The notes: generated by a model from the letters alone, not told the origin. DNA of 64,000 nucleotides from an uncultured delta proteobacterium (GCA_963745835.1 CAVUZH010000013.1:544001-608000); one strand, 5' to 3'; counted from the stretch's first letter, positions 9,946 to 20,648 are shown. Made by a program: numbers and translations.

Positions 9946-10953
9946 ATGCCGATTCAGATTGACCGGAAAAGAGCAGAAACCCTCGCATCTCAATTCGACG
10001 AAGCGCGCGAACTCGTGCGCAACGAATTTCACGGTCTCGACACACACCGCCAGTACCGTAACGCCTTTGCCCGGCTGCTGAAGCCGGATCCGCTCGGGCG
10101 GGTACTGATGATGGGTACCGACCAGCGCGACATGTTCGCGCCGGAGCTCCGCCGCGTCATAGAAACGTCGGTGCCGAGTGACGGTCACATCTTCGACTTC
10201 GGAGCGGGCGACGGTCAAACCTTCGCGCTAGTCGCCGATTCCGTGCCGCAGGGCACCCGCGTCTCGATCGAGGAGCCCAATCCCGAATACCTCGCAAACT
10301 ATCGCGCGTTTCTAAAAACAAAGGCGCATTTGCGGCCCGGTGCGGCGCTGGCGGCGGAATTTGATGAGATCGACGCAGCGGCCGAGCGTTCGGGGGAAAA
10401 GCTTCCGTTAGATGGCAGCATCGACCTCGGCCTGGCGCTGCACATGATTTATTTCGTCAGCGACCTTCCCACCAGCGTCATAAGGATGGTGCGCTTTTTG
10501 AAGCCCGGCGGTGCGCTGTTCGTCGTCGTCACCGACGAAACCATCGGCTATACCGGGCTCGCGCTGAAAAGTTTTATCGAACAGGGCGGCGACACCGGTG
10601 ACAATGCGCGGCATCTCGCAGTCATCGAAGAGCGCCGCCGCTTGCTCGGAGTACCCGCGGAAGGCGGTGGCGCGATTGGCGAAGTGCTCGGTGCCGCGGG
10701 AACTCCGGTGGAAATTAACGTGCGGCGCCAGCCGAGCCGGCTCTATGGACACAATCTCGCCGACCTGGTCGCGCTCTCCTCGATTGCGCTCCTGGCCGGC
10801 ATCGAAGGTCTCGACAAATACGAGGCCGCAACTGCACTGCTGCGCCACAATCCCGAAGCCGCGGACCTGCGCATAGAAGACGACGGCCCCCGTAAAGGCA
10901 TGTGGAGCGTCACCCAACCGCAATGGGTCGCTGTCTTGCGCCGAACGCCCTAG
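9946..10953 (+). CDS. Class I SAM-dependent methyltransferase
   Basis: Motif I FDFGAGDG, plus DLGLALHMIYF and LKPGG; ATG at 9946. Confidence 0.8.
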   Translation: MPIQIDRKRAETLASQFDEARELVRNEFHGLDTHRQYRNAFARLLKPDPLGRVLMMGTDQRDMFAPELRRVIETSVPSDGHIFDFGAGDGQTFALVADSVPQGTRVSIEEPNPEYLANYRAFLKTKAHLRPGAALAAEFDEIDAAAERSGEKLPLDGSIDLGLALHMIYFVSDLPTSVIRMVRFLKPGGALFVVVTDETIGYTGLALKSFIEQGGDTGDNARHLAVIEERRRLLGVPAEGGGAIGEVLGAAGTPVEINVRRQPSRLYGHNLADLVALSSIALLAGIEGLDKYEAATALLRHNPEAADLRIEDDGPRKGMWSVTQPQWVAVLRRTP

Positions 10954-11187
10954 TAGCTAGCGCCGCTTTCGATCACGACGAATTGGACGGGTGTCATCAA
11001 GAGGATTTCCCGCTCTCGCGGAGACAAAAGTTTGTCGTGGGTGTTATGTCTGAGCCGAATATGCCCTCAGTTCTTCTCGCCGGCGATGCCGGGGCCCATG
11101 GCGACCCCCATACAGCCCGCGAGCAGAGCCGCCGTCATTGCGCAAATGCACCGGGCCCGCCCTGCTCATTCCAAGGGAGCCGGTCTG

Positions 11188-12447
11188 TCAGAGAACTTCG
11201 TTGAGCATGTAGAAAGCGTTGTCTTTCAATTTGTGCCACAGCCCGCGTTTGCGCCACGCCTCGAGCTCAATTTCCTCGCACCCGGGAACGTACTTCTCGA
11301 AGACTGCGTCGAACCGCTGTGCCGTTGCCGGGTCCAGGATGCCGAGGGTAATTTCATCGTTGGTCTCGAAAGACCGGTCGTCGAAGTTGCTTGAACCCAC
11401 TGCGCTCCACACGCCGTCGATGGTCATCACTTTCTGGTGCAGCAGGGTGTGCGGATACTCGAATAGACGCACGCCGCAGCGCAGCAGCTTTTCGAAGTTG
11501 CGGTGCCCGGCGTGTTGCACCATGGGATTGTCGGATCCCGCAATCGACGGCATGATCACGCGCACGTCGACGCCGCGGGAAACGGCTTCTCCCAACGCGT
11601 CGATCGCTTCGGGCTCGGGAATGAAATAGGGATTTTGAATCCAGATTCGCTTGCGCGCGAGGCATATGGCCGTGTGGTGGAGAATCTTCACGGCAGGCGC
11701 CGAGCCTTCCGGCTTTACGAACGCGGCATGGATCAGCACGTCGCCTGCAGGCTCCAGAGCCGGGAACACATCGTCGCCGGCGAACAAATCACCCGTTTGC
11801 CCAGCCCAATTCTCGCTGAACGCGGCCTGCACGCTGTGCACGATGGGACCGCGCAACCTCACGCTGATGTCGGCGACGTGTTCGCTGTCCTGGGCGTCGC
11901 CCAACCAACTGTCGACGATGCAATGACCGCCGACGAACGCTTCGCGCCCATCGACGACGACGATCTTGCGGTGGTCGCGGTCGTTCAGCACGCCGATATT
12001 GCGCCAAACCTTTTCATGGAAAAACACGACCCGGCATCCGGCTTCTTTCATCTGTCGCACAGATGCTTTGCCGACATCTTTAGAGCCTTCCGCATCCAGC
12101 AGGACACGCACCTGCTTGCCGGCGCGAGCCCGCTCCGACAACGCGTCCGCCATGCGCTGACCGAGCGCCCCTTCCTTCCAAAGAAAGGTTTCGAAATGGA
12201 CTGACATTTGAGCTGATCGAATTCGCTCCAACAGCACCTCAAAAAAAGCGCCGTTCTCAAGGACTTCGACGGAATTGCCGGGGACGGCTGTGCCGAGGGT
12301 TAACCCGGCGAGCGAAGGAATCAGCTCACCGATCGGCGAACTGCATTCGATGCGCAGCTTGGGATCACGGTGACGTTTAATCGACCAAATGACAATCGAT
12401 AGCAGCACAACGAGACAAACTAACGCCACCGCTGTAAGAATGTTCAT
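11188..12447 (-). CDS. Cardiolipin synthase-like phospholipase D
   Basis: Two HKD motifs (DHRKIVVVD, LHQKVMTID), N-terminal TM helix and GSSNFDDRS; likely start MNILT at 12447. Confidence 0.9.
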   Translation of the reverse strand: MNILTAVALVCLVVLLSIVIWSIKRHRDPKLRIECSSPIGELIPSLAGLTLGTAVPGNSVEVLENGAFFEVLLERIRSAQMSVHFETFLWKEGALGQRMADALSERARAGKQVRVLLDAEGSKDVGKASVRQMKEAGCRVVFFHEKVWRNIGVLNDRDHRKIVVVDGREAFVGGHCIVDSWLGDAQDSEHVADISVRLRGPIVHSVQAAFSENWAGQTGDLFAGDDVFPALEPAGDVLIHAAFVKPEGSAPAVKILHHTAICLARKRIWIQNPYFIPEPEAIDALGEAVSRGVDVRVIMPSIAGSDNPMVQHAGHRNFEKLLRCGVRLFEYPHTLLHQKVMTIDGVWSAVGSSNFDDRSFETNDEITLGILDPATAQRFDAVFEKYVPGCEEIELEAWRKRGLWHKLKDNAFYMLNEVL

Positions 12448-12580
12448 CGGCCCTAATCTATGAAGTCCAGTGCAGCGGAGCAAGTCATCGAGGAAGAGGA
12501 CTGCTCGTCGGGTGGGCGGCCCGTCGCTAAGGCCCCTAGTGCTTAATGCAATGGCCGTTGGCGACTGGGTGAGTTTCAAC

Positions 12581-12628
12581 GATTGAATGGAGCCGAGCTA
12601 TTGAACAGCTGGAACGGTTGGAGCAACT
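12581..12628. repeat. TTGAAC/TGGAAC short tandem repeat tract
   Basis: gattgaatggagccgagctattgaacagctggaacggttggagc; same family as 47122-47168 and 48605-48665. Confidence 0.5.
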
Positions 12629-12819
12629 TTTTAGGTTATGCCGCCTGCCTCGGTGGGTAATCTCGAATGATTCGTCCAAACTCAAATCAGGATCGCGCTA
12701 TCGCATTGAACGCGCTGAAACCGACTTAAGTCGCGTCTTCGCGCAAACTTCACCAACCAACTCTACGTCTCCGCCGCTAAAACTAAGCAACCAATCCTGT
12801 GGCCGAATTTGTCACCCAG

Positions 12820-13431
12820 TTACCTGCTGTCCCCCACTCTTCTCCCCTGAGTGGCTTTGCGTGTCTCGACGACTGTTCTCCAACTTTCCCAGTCAAAGAG
12901 CAGGATGGCATCGGCTCCGGAGACCACTTTGTACCGAACTCCCTTGTGAACAAAAAACCTGTCGGGGAGTTCCGAAATTCTCTTGAAGTCTTTACTCCCG
13001 TCAACCTCGGTGGCAATCCAGTAACGGCCATCATATAGGTTCGGGTCGGTGACAAAGGGAATATCGACTCCTCCCTCCCTAAAGCTCACTTTAATCCAAT
13101 TTGGGCCTGCGCCCGTGGCAACACCGGGAGTCAATCTGGCCAGCAGCAAAGACTTCGTTCCGGCCGCATCTTGATATTGAGCGACAACGTCACTCGAAAT
13201 ATAGAACTGCAGTTTTTCCAGATCTTCTAAGTTGAGGCTGGGAGTCTGGCGATGGGAATAGTTCTGAAAAGCCATCGGCGGAGCCGACGAACAGCCAGCG
13301 AAAAGAAAAATGACAGACACCGTCAGTAATCCTCGATTGCTTCGTCTGCTGATCGAGCAGGTCCGCGAGCGGACGAGTGCATACACCCACTGCGCAGCGG
13401 ATAACGTTGCGAACGTTTTTTGAATTTTCAT
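12820..13431 (-). CDS. Hypothetical lipoprotein
   Basis: Hydrophobic stretch ending in lipobox-like LFAGC; start uncertain. Confidence 0.55.
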   Translation of the reverse strand: MKIQKTFATLSAAQWVYALVRSRTCSISRRSNRGLLTVSVIFLFAGCSSAPPMAFQNYSHRQTPSLNLEDLEKLQFYISSDVVAQYQDAAGTKSLLLARLTPGVATGAGPNWIKVSFREGGVDIPFVTDPNLYDGRYWIATEVDGSKDFKRISELPDRFFVHKGVRYKVVSGADAILLFDWESWRTVVETRKATQGRRVGDSR

Positions 13432-14062
13432 TGCCGTTCTTTCTAGCTGGTCTTTACCTCGGAAATCTAATCGAAATAGACGCGGCGAGTATTTTATAGT
13501 CTCTATCGAATGTCAACACTGATTTTGCTTCTCGGTACGCGAGGCCTAAATTAGTGTTCGGGCATTCTGATGAAGGATTTTGAAACCAAGGCAATCTACG
13601 AAGAGATCGGGACCTTCGCTCATTCGACCGAAGAATACCTTCGGTATATGACGCGTCATCACGGCTTCTTCTCCTCTTGGTTAGTAGGCCTGAGGCTGCG
13701 CTCAGCCGGCGCTTTCAGTGATAGGGCTCATGCCAGAGTTTAGACAACCTCTGCATTTTATTTCGATTGATTCCTCGCGCATTCAATGATGCTTATATCC
13801 ATCACAGATTTCATCGGAATGATTCTCTCGGCGTGCAACCGCTAGTTCGGCGGCGTGTTCATCGGGTCCGCAACATGATGTCACTGCCCGCGAATACCTG
13901 TCATGGGCCATCACTCTGGCAAGAGACCCGCCTGCCGGAGCACACTCGCGAATACAAGACGCCAATTACTGACTATTCCCCCGCGACGCTCTCTTCCATT
14001 TGCGTGCATGCGGGAATGTGGGCTACTATAGCTACAGTTATAGCTATTGATGGGGACCCGTC

Positions 14063-14293
14063 ATGAAGACCGTGCAGATGACCTTGGATGAACAGCTGGT
14101 AAAGGCCGTGGACAGCGCCGCAAGGAAGTTGGGAACCACACGATCCGGCTTTACACGGGAAGCCTTGCGTTCCGCGCTCAAGGAAGTTCGCGTCAAAGAA
14201 TTGGAGTTGCAACACCGCGAAGGATACAAACGTAAGCCGGTTAAGCGCGGCGAGTTTAGCGAGTGGGAATCGGAACAGGTCTGGGGCGATTGA
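14063..14293 (+). CDS. Ribbon-helix-helix antitoxin
   Basis: MKTVQMTLDEQLVKAVD...TRSGFTREAL; overlaps the toxin start. Confidence 0.85.
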   Translation: MKTVQMTLDEQLVKAVDSAARKLGTTRSGFTREALRSALKEVRVKELELQHREGYKRKPVKRGEFSEWESEQVWGD

Positions 14294-14604
14294 TGAAGCG
14301 CGGGGAAGTTAGATGGTATGTGTTTTCCAGACCCGACAAGAAACGGCCAGTGCTCATTCTAACGAGAGACTCGGCGTTGGAGTTTCTCGGAGAAGTGACC
14401 GTCGCCCCTATTACAACCGTGATTCGCGATATTCCGTCGGAGGGCTTGTTGACCAAGATGGACGGAATGCCGAGGGACTGCGCCGTAAACTTTGATCATC
14501 TTCAAACCGTTTCTAAAGGAAAGATCGGTTCGCTCATTGCGACTTTAAGCTCGAGCAAGATGCAACAAATGCGGTCAGGCTTGCTCTTTGCGCTTGGCTT
14601 CTGA
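14293..14604 (+). CDS. PemK/MazF-family toxin
   Basis: MKRGEVRW...PDKKRPVLILTR...VTVAPIT; ATG at 14293. Confidence 0.9.
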   Translation: MKRGEVRWYVFSRPDKKRPVLILTRDSALEFLGEVTVAPITTVIRDIPSEGLLTKMDGMPRDCAVNFDHLQTVSKGKIGSLIATLSSSKMQQMRSGLLFALGF

Positions 14605-14621
14605 ATTTCAGTTGCCCCGTT

Positions 14622-14674
14622 GCTCGGCGGATTTCGCGATCTATCAGCTGCTCAGCCGCAATGTTCTCGACCCC
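14622..14674 (+). repeat. SBP-gene fragment, copy 1 (internal 53 bp)
   Basis: 52/53 identical to 27440-27492. Confidence 0.85.
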
Positions 14675-14937
14675 TTCCTTCCAAAGAAAGTTTTCGAGAT
14701 GCACCGACTTCTGAGTCGCTTGAGTTCCCTCCAACAGCACGTCCAAAAGAAGCGCCGTTCTCCAGGACTTCGACGGAATTGCCAGGGGACGGATGTGCTG
14801 AGCGTCAGTCCGGCGAGCGAGGGAATCAGCTCATCGATCGGCGAACTACATTCAATGTGCAGCTTGGGATCACGGTGACGTCGAATCGACCAAATGACAA
14901 TCGATAGCAGCAATACCAGGCAAAGAAATGCCACCAC
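14671..14937 (-). pseudogene. Decayed duplicate of the 5' part of the PLD/cardiolipin synthase gene
   Basis: LLSIVIWSIRRHRDPKLHIECSSPIDELIPSLAGLTL nearly matches 12170-12430; contains an internal deletion and frameshift. Confidence 0.85.
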
Positions 14938-15000
14938 TATTCATCGAGATTTTACGCCATTCAGTCACTATAGAGAATGGACCCTTATCCCCTCTGATTC

Positions 15001-16317
15001 TTATCGATGCGAAGCCGCAATCTGATTGAGCCGCGATTGAATCTCGCGCTCCGGTAACCAGCGCCCACGCACCATCACGCCGGACCGGCGCGCGATATTG
15101 TCGATGTCCTCGAGGGGATTGGCATCGAGTAGGATCAGATCGGCGCGCTTCCCCACTTCTATCGTTCCAAAACTATCTTTCTCTTTGAGATATAGACCGA
15201 CATTGTAGGTTCCCGACCTGAGGATGTCGTACGGCTTCATCCCCGCATCCGCCATCCGTTTCATTTCGCGGTGAATCGAAAATCCCGGGACGCTGAAGCG
15301 CTGCGGCGCGTCGCTGCCCAACAGGATTTTCACGCCGCTATCGTGTAGCGCTTTGAGCAGGCGCATACGGTTCTGGATCACGGTGCGCGCTACGTCAGGC
15401 TTGAATTCGGAGTTCTTGAGGAGATTCTCCTGAGCGCTTGTCCACTGCTGGATCTGCTGCGGCGGCATGTATTTCAGCTCCGGGTAAGCACGCAGGGTGG
15501 CCAGATCTGCGGTTCCTCGGAGTGTTTCCCACAGAGCCATGGTTGGCACGACCCAAACGCCCGCCTCGCGCGACAGCTTGGCGATCTCTTGAAGCTTGGC
15601 GTCGGGCATGGGGCCCTTTTCTCCCTGCAGAAATTCGATATAGCCGTCGAGATGATCGAAGGTTTCCTGTCCGCTCTGGATCGCATGAAGGAGCCCGACA
15701 TCGGCCGGCACGTGGCCCGCAAAGCTTATTCCCACTTCCTTTGCGGTTCTCGCCATCGCGTCGTAATGATCCCGCGCCAGACCCGTAAGGACTTTCAGGA
15801 GGTCCCATCCTTCGCCCTTCTGTTGCCGGACAGTTTGTATCGCCTCTTCGGCAGACTTGATCGTCTTTCCACTGAAGGGAGGTCCAGCGAGATAAAGATT
15901 CGGCGCCATTAATTCGCCTCGCTTGGCTCTCTCTCGAAGATCGAGTTGCCCTGGCGCGCCCTGCATTCCTCGGACAGTTGTAACGCCATTGGCGATGTAC
16001 AGGAACAAGACCGCCTCGGTAAATTCCCGAGACTGAAGGGGTGAAGGAATATGTCCATGCATTTCGCCTAGGCCCGGCATTAGATATTTGCCGCGACCGT
16101 CGAGCGACAACGCTTTCTCCGGTACCTTGGTGTTTCCCGCTGGCCCCACAGCACTGATTCGGCCATCACGGATAACAACAGTCTGATTGTTTAGCAGCCC
16201 CTCCCGGTCCATTGGGACAACGTTGACGCCGATAAACGCAAGATCTTGGGCCGAGGATGGTTCGAGAGAAACGAAAAGCATCAAAGCCACACCAACGAGA
16301 CACAAACTCGGTTTCAT
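15001..16317 (-). CDS. Secreted amidohydrolase-family protein
   Basis: Signal peptide and the motifs LMPGLGEMHGH, GSDAP and GTIEVGKRADLILLDANPL. Confidence 0.88.
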   Translation of the reverse strand: MKPSLCLVGVALMLFVSLEPSSAQDLAFIGVNVVPMDREGLLNNQTVVIRDGRISAVGPAGNTKVPEKALSLDGRGKYLMPGLGEMHGHIPSPLQSREFTEAVLFLYIANGVTTVRGMQGAPGQLDLRERAKRGELMAPNLYLAGPPFSGKTIKSAEEAIQTVRQQKGEGWDLLKVLTGLARDHYDAMARTAKEVGISFAGHVPADVGLLHAIQSGQETFDHLDGYIEFLQGEKGPMPDAKLQEIAKLSREAGVWVVPTMALWETLRGTADLATLRAYPELKYMPPQQIQQWTSAQENLLKNSEFKPDVARTVIQNRMRLLKALHDSGVKILLGSDAPQRFSVPGFSIHREMKRMADAGMKPYDILRSGTYNVGLYLKEKDSFGTIEVGKRADLILLDANPLEDIDNIARRSGVMVRGRWLPEREIQSRLNQIAASHR

Positions 16318-16429
16318 GGGCCCCTCCGTTGAAACGCCTGCTTGAACGTACCATATATCATCACTGTCGTCCCGGGATACCCGGGGGACGCGGCATCTCG
16401 TTCTTGCGATCAGAAAATGGAGGTGGCCG

Positions 16430-16618
16430 GCATGCTCGGTACAGCATCAGGAAAGAACTACGGCAGTCGGTTTTTGACCGTAGTGTTTACCGTTCGTGCG
16501 AACCGGATTGGTGTGATCAGCGCGCGTCCGATGAGCAGAAGCGAGAAGAAAGTATATGAAAAAGAAAATTAAACCGGTGCCGAAGTTCAGAAACGAACAG
16601 CACGAGCGGGACTTTTGA
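16430..16618 (+). pseudogene. BrnT C-terminal half and truncated BrnA start
   Basis: RFLTVVFTVRANRIGVISARPMSRSEKKVYE (BrnT RIISAR motif) overlaps MKKKIKPVPKFRNEQHERDF*. Confidence 0.7.
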
Positions 16619-16657
16619 ATGCGAGGCAAGCTATGACTCGCAGGCGGCTTCCTCGGT

Positions 16658-16687
16658 TTGACGATTAATCCATTACCCCGGTAATCT
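16658..16687 (+). promoter_or_regulatory. Promoter/operator of the vapBC pair
   Basis: TTGACG-18 nt-TAATCT overlapping the palindrome attacc-cc-ggtaat. Confidence 0.5.
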
Positions 16688-16692
16688 AAGTT

Positions 16693-16956
16693 ATGGCATT
16701 AGCGCAATCAAAAGTTACGGCCCAGGGACAGATTTCTGTTCCGGCGAAAGTGCGACGAAAACTCGGTATCGGCCCAGGCTCGGTGCTGGAATGGGACGAA
16801 GAAGGTGACGTCGTGGTCGTGCGCAAAGCCGGCCGGTATACATCGGAAGACATTCATCGCGCGATCTTTCCGCGAGGGACACCGGCTTCGAAGAAGCTAG
16901 AAGACTTCGACAAATGCGTGCGGCGCTATATGAAGAAAAAACATGCGCGCCGTTGA
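16693..16956 (+). CDS. AbrB/MazE/SpoVT-family antitoxin (VapB)
   Basis: SKVTAQGQISVPAKVRRKLGIGPGSVLEW. Confidence 0.9.
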   Translation: MALAQSKVTAQGQISVPAKVRRKLGIGPGSVLEWDEEGDVVVVRKAGRYTSEDIHRAIFPRGTPASKKLEDFDKCVRRYMKKKHARR

Positions 16957-17322
16957 CACCAATGTCTTGGTCCGTCTGGTCACGCGCGACGATCGGAAGC
17001 AGGTCGCCGCCGCGGAATCATTCGTGAGTAAGGGGCGTGGGTGGCCACCTTGGTTCTCACGGAAGCGACATGGGTTCTTACAGCTGTGTACGACCTGAGT
17101 CACGCGGAGATTCCGACGGCCATCGAAATGCTTTTGCGTCATCGGGATCTTATCATTCAAGAGTCCGATAGCGTGGCCGCAGCACTCGAGCAGTATCGCA
17201 AGCGTCCGGCGTTGGGGTTCTCCGATTGTTTGATCCTAGAAACAGCGCGGAAAGTCGGCCATCTTCCGTTGGCAACCTTTGACCGGAATCTCTCGAAGCT
17301 CGATGGAGCCGAAGGACTGTAG
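16943..17322 (+). CDS. VapC PIN-domain toxin, frameshifted near 17033
   Basis: MRAVDTNVLVR from 16943 continues in another frame as VLTEATWVL...FSDCLI...ATFD; the break is at a G run. Confidence 0.8.
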
Positions 17323-17452
17323 CGCTGCGCAACGCGAATTTGTTTTTGCAAAATCAGCGCGAGATTAATGCTGACTTATCAGAGTGTTGAAAAAGCGGTC
17401 GTCGACTGGACGTTTGCCGCAAGAGCCCGAGGATAATCATCAGAAGTAAAAA
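17322..17452 (+). repeat. SBP-gene fragment, copy 2 (internally deleted)
   Basis: Matches 27739-27796 and then about 27960-28012; junction contains GAGTGTTGAAAAA. Confidence 0.8.
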
Positions 17453-17567
17453 CTGCCTCCAAAGCAAAACGTCAAAAGCTACAATTGACCGAAGGCCGGT
17501 CGTGCACTCAACGAAAGCTCACCATTCCAGGAAGTGGACGCCGCTGTGGTGAGAGTTCATGGTGGTG

Positions 17568-17861
17568 TTAGGCGGCCAATTTCACCGCGACTGAGACGCC
17601 AGCCTTTGCGCACAGGCCGACGAGGTAGTCCAGAGATAGCTTGTCAACCTTGTTGCGCGCGATCTCGGAGATGCGGGGCTGGACCACGCCAAGGCGCTTG
17701 GCGGCTTCCACCTGGGAAATTGCCTCACGGTCCATCCACTTACGGAGAGCTTCGGCCAGCTGGCAACGCAGGAGCATCACAGCCGCCTCGTGCGGTGGAA
17801 AGCCGAGATCAAGGAATACATTGTTTGCGCGCTTTACTTGCCGTGCTCGTTTCTTCTTCAT
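17568..17861 (-). CDS. XRE/HTH antitoxin (HigA-like)
   Basis: NVFLDLGF...SQVEAAKRLGVVQPRISEI...LSLDYL. Confidence 0.88.
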   Translation of the reverse strand: MKKKRARQVKRANNVFLDLGFPPHEAAVMLLRCQLAEALRKWMDREAISQVEAAKRLGVVQPRISEIARNKVDKLSLDYLVGLCAKAGVSVAVKLAA

Positions 17862-18178
17862 GAGTGCCTCCCGGTTAACTTGTAACGCTCTGCTGCCAAC
17901 TTAATGTCCGCCTGGGACGTCTTTCGGGTCTTCTTCTGAAAAGCGTGCAAGACATAAACCGCTTCTTCGAATTTGGCCACGTACACGACGCGAAACACCG
18001 GCGCCACCTCGTATGCGAATCTCATACGCTCCAGATCCAACGGTCGGAAGCGGCTTAAAGTCTGCTGGTTCACGCCCGACTTGCACCATAAACAACTCGT
18101 ATCCGGCTTGTCGACGCGCCAATCGGGAAAGGTCGCTAAGTCGCGACGAGCTGTCCCGAGAAAGCGGATCGGTTTCAT
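17858..18178 (-). CDS. RelE/HigB (Gp49-like) toxin with two compensating frameshifts
   Basis: MKPIRFLG..RRDL..FP, then ARRQAGYELFMVQVGREPADFKP..TVGSGAYEIRI, then FRVVYVAKFEEAVYVLHAFQKKT, split over two frames. Confidence 0.8.
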   Translation of the reverse strand: MKPIRFLGTARRDLATFPDWRVDKPDTSCLWCKSGVNQQTLSRFRPLDLERMRFAYEVAPVFRVVYVAKFEEAVYVLHAFQKKTRKTSQADIKLAAERYKLTGRHS

Positions 18179-18187
18179 TACAAATGA

Positions 18188-18216
18188 ATTATACGATTAT
18201 TCGTATATGCTTGCAA
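18188..18216 (-). promoter_or_regulatory. Sigma70 promoter with palindromic operator for the higBA-like pair
   Basis: TTGCAA-17 nt-TATAAT on the minus strand, overlapping the palindrome tatacga-ataa-tcgtata; ATG lies 9 nt downstream. Confidence 0.7.
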
Positions 18217-18326
18217 TCGCCCCACGAACCCCGAAGACAGCAACCGCCGATCTGAAAAGCTTGGTCGATAGATTATCGATATGATTTAGGAATTGGAACC
18301 GTCGGGGATTATCAACCAGCCATATA

Positions 18327-18406
18327 CGTGGTCGAAGAATGGATTTCCGTGGGAGCGTTTAGAGCGAAAGAAACAATCACCGCCAAGCCGCAACAGGTAA
18401 TCGATC
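18327..18406 (+). repeat. SBP-gene 3'-end fragment, copy 3
   Basis: gtggtcgaagaatggatttccgtggga...caccgccaagccgcaacag matches 27890-27965. Confidence 0.85.
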
Positions 18407-18493
18407 GAACTCAGACGGCATTGCGCCCGCTGCGGCGCGTTGGTATTTTGTTTCCGGCTCGGACGGCGATAAGCTGTCCTGACAGGAGAAGGG

Positions 18494-19330
18494 ATGTCGA
18501 TCTTTAAGACCACCGGTCTTGTCGCCGGCCATTACGAGTGCCGCTCCCTGGCGGAAACTCTGCCGGTCTTCACCGATCTATTGGCCATGGAGGTCGTCGA
18601 GCGGACGGCGAGCATAGCCATACTCAAGCACCCCAACACGGAGTGGCGCCTGATCGTACATGAAGGGGGACCCGACGCGCCGGAAAAGAGTTTCGACAAT
18701 CACTACGGCTTCCGCGTCGCCCACCATGGGGAGGTGGAAGCAGCCTGGAAACACCTCGAAGCCAACAAAGAGAAATACGGCCTCAGCAAGATCACTAAGC
18801 CGCAGAGCGCGCATTTCGCTTACTCGATCTACTTTCGCGAGCCCGGCGGCAACCACTTGGAAATCGAATATTACAATCCCGGCGGCGCGCAGCATGGCCG
18901 CGCCCACACCGCCGGCCATTGGAACAAGCCGCTCGCCGACGAGCGATTGTCCCAGCGCGGCTACCTGCCGCAAGCGTTCACTCACGGCACGCTGCAGTGC
19001 GACGACATCGAGCGCAGCCGGCAATTTTACACCGAGGTTCTCGGACTCGAGATCCTGGCGGGATTCAACAACGCCCAGTATATCAAGCACGCGGCGGCGC
19101 CCTGGTACATCGTCGTCTTGAAACGCAGCCCGCGGCAATATCTCGCGCCGGTAAACCGCTTCACTCTGCAAATGGATTCAGCCGCAGCAGTCGAGCAAGC
19201 GCACCGCGAATTCTCGATCAACGGCGCGACCGCCGGCATTACAGAACTCGGCAAGCTCGACGCCATTGACGGCAAAACCAGTTTTATCTTCAGCGACCCG
19301 GATAGGAACTGGTGGGAGCTAAACGCCTAA
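18494..19330 (+). CDS. Two-domain VOC/glyoxalase-family protein
   Basis: HYGFRV, SIYFREPGGNHLEIE, HGTL..FY.EVLGLE and FSDPDRNWWEL. Confidence 0.85.
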   Translation: MSIFKTTGLVAGHYECRSLAETLPVFTDLLAMEVVERTASIAILKHPNTEWRLIVHEGGPDAPEKSFDNHYGFRVAHHGEVEAAWKHLEANKEKYGLSKITKPQSAHFAYSIYFREPGGNHLEIEYYNPGGAQHGRAHTAGHWNKPLADERLSQRGYLPQAFTHGTLQCDDIERSRQFYTEVLGLEILAGFNNAQYIKHAAAPWYIVVLKRSPRQYLAPVNRFTLQMDSAAAVEQAHREFSINGATAGITELGKLDAIDGKTSFIFSDPDRNWWELNA

Positions 19331-20413
19331 TGAAAAACAAACACGGACTGCAAACCATCGTGTTTACTGTCTTTCTTCTGCTCGCGTGGTGGATCGTTTT
19401 GGCCCCCACGGCATTGGCCCAGACGCCATTCTATGAAGGAAAGAATCTTCTTCTTGTGAGCGGCACTGACGCGGGCGGTGCCGGCGATCTGCGCACGCGC
19501 GCAGTGATTCCGGTCTTGAAAAAACATATTCCCGGCCACCCCAGCCATCGTTATGCAGTACATGCCCGGCGCGGGCGGACGTAAGGCGGCCAATCACATG
19601 TACAAATCGGTTCGGCCTGATGGTTTGACGGTCGGCGCCATGATCACCGGCATGGTGCAGGGCACGATTTTCGGCGAACAAGACGTACTTTATGATCTCG
19701 ACAAGTTCATTTATCTCGGCTCCCATGCCCGCTATGCGCCCTATGCCTTTGTGACGCACAAGGCCGCGGGCTTCAACAGCCGGGAAACTTTGAGCGCGAC
19801 CCGCGGCGTGCGCATCGGCGCGCCGTCTGTCGGCCACAGCCTCTACACCATGGCCCGGCTGTTCGCCTACATGCTGGACATGAAAGAGCCGCGTTTGGTC
19901 ACCGGCTATACACCGCGGGAAATCGACTTTGCTTTAGAAAGGAACGAAATCGATGCGCGGGTGAGTATCCTGGACAGTTTGCTGACGCGCAATGCCCATT
20001 GGTTAGATAAAGATCTGGTGCATGTCCACGCGACCATGGATATCCCCAAGGGCTTCAAACACCCCGACCGCAGGCTCGCCAAACTCCCCGAGATCGAGGG
20101 TTTCGCCCGCTCAAACCAAGAACGCCGTCTCATCCAGCTTTTTCGCGGGGCGCGCGATACCGGTCAGCCTTTTGTGCTGCCGCCGGGCACGCCGGCGGAG
20201 CACGTTAAAATATTGCGGGAAGCCATGCGCAGAGTCTTCGCCGATCCGGAGTACAGCAAAGCCTACGAGAAACTCACTTCGGAGCCCGCTATGACGGTAA
20301 CCTGGGAGGAGTTCGAAACACAGCTGCGCGAGTTGCCGCGGGAAGCCGAGACCATCGATCTCTTCAAGCGGCTTTCCGGCCCGGCACCGCTGCCGGCCCG
20401 GCCGTCCCGGTAA
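19330..20413 (+). CDS. TctC/Bug-family solute-binding protein, frameshifted near 19545
   Basis: Signal peptide and KHIPGHP, continued in another frame by MQYMPGAGG..AANHMY...PDGLT and PPGTP. Confidence 0.8.
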
Positions 20414-20446
20414 CCACGCGCCGTTTACAACAAGAGTACTCTGATT

Positions 20447-20648
20447 CCGACCGCCGAGTGGTTCTATGCTCTCTAGCGCGAGCAGTTGAACCCCGATCTC
20501 GCGGTACCGGACTCGGCCGTCGAAGAATGGATTTCCGTGGGAACGTTTAGAGCAAAAGAAGATCACCGCCAAGCCGCAACAGGTCGTCGACTGGAAGTTT
20601 GCCGAAAGAGCCCGACGCTGATCAGTGAAATTAAAGAACTGCCCCCGA
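20447..20648 (+). repeat. SBP-gene 3'-end fragment, copy 4
   Basis: Aligns with 27814-28012, including the stop and about 25 nt downstream. Confidence 0.9.

Noticed and set aside
13540-14000. Possible decayed coding fragments upstream of RHH-MazF
   Set aside because: Short reading frames with no family I can recognise.
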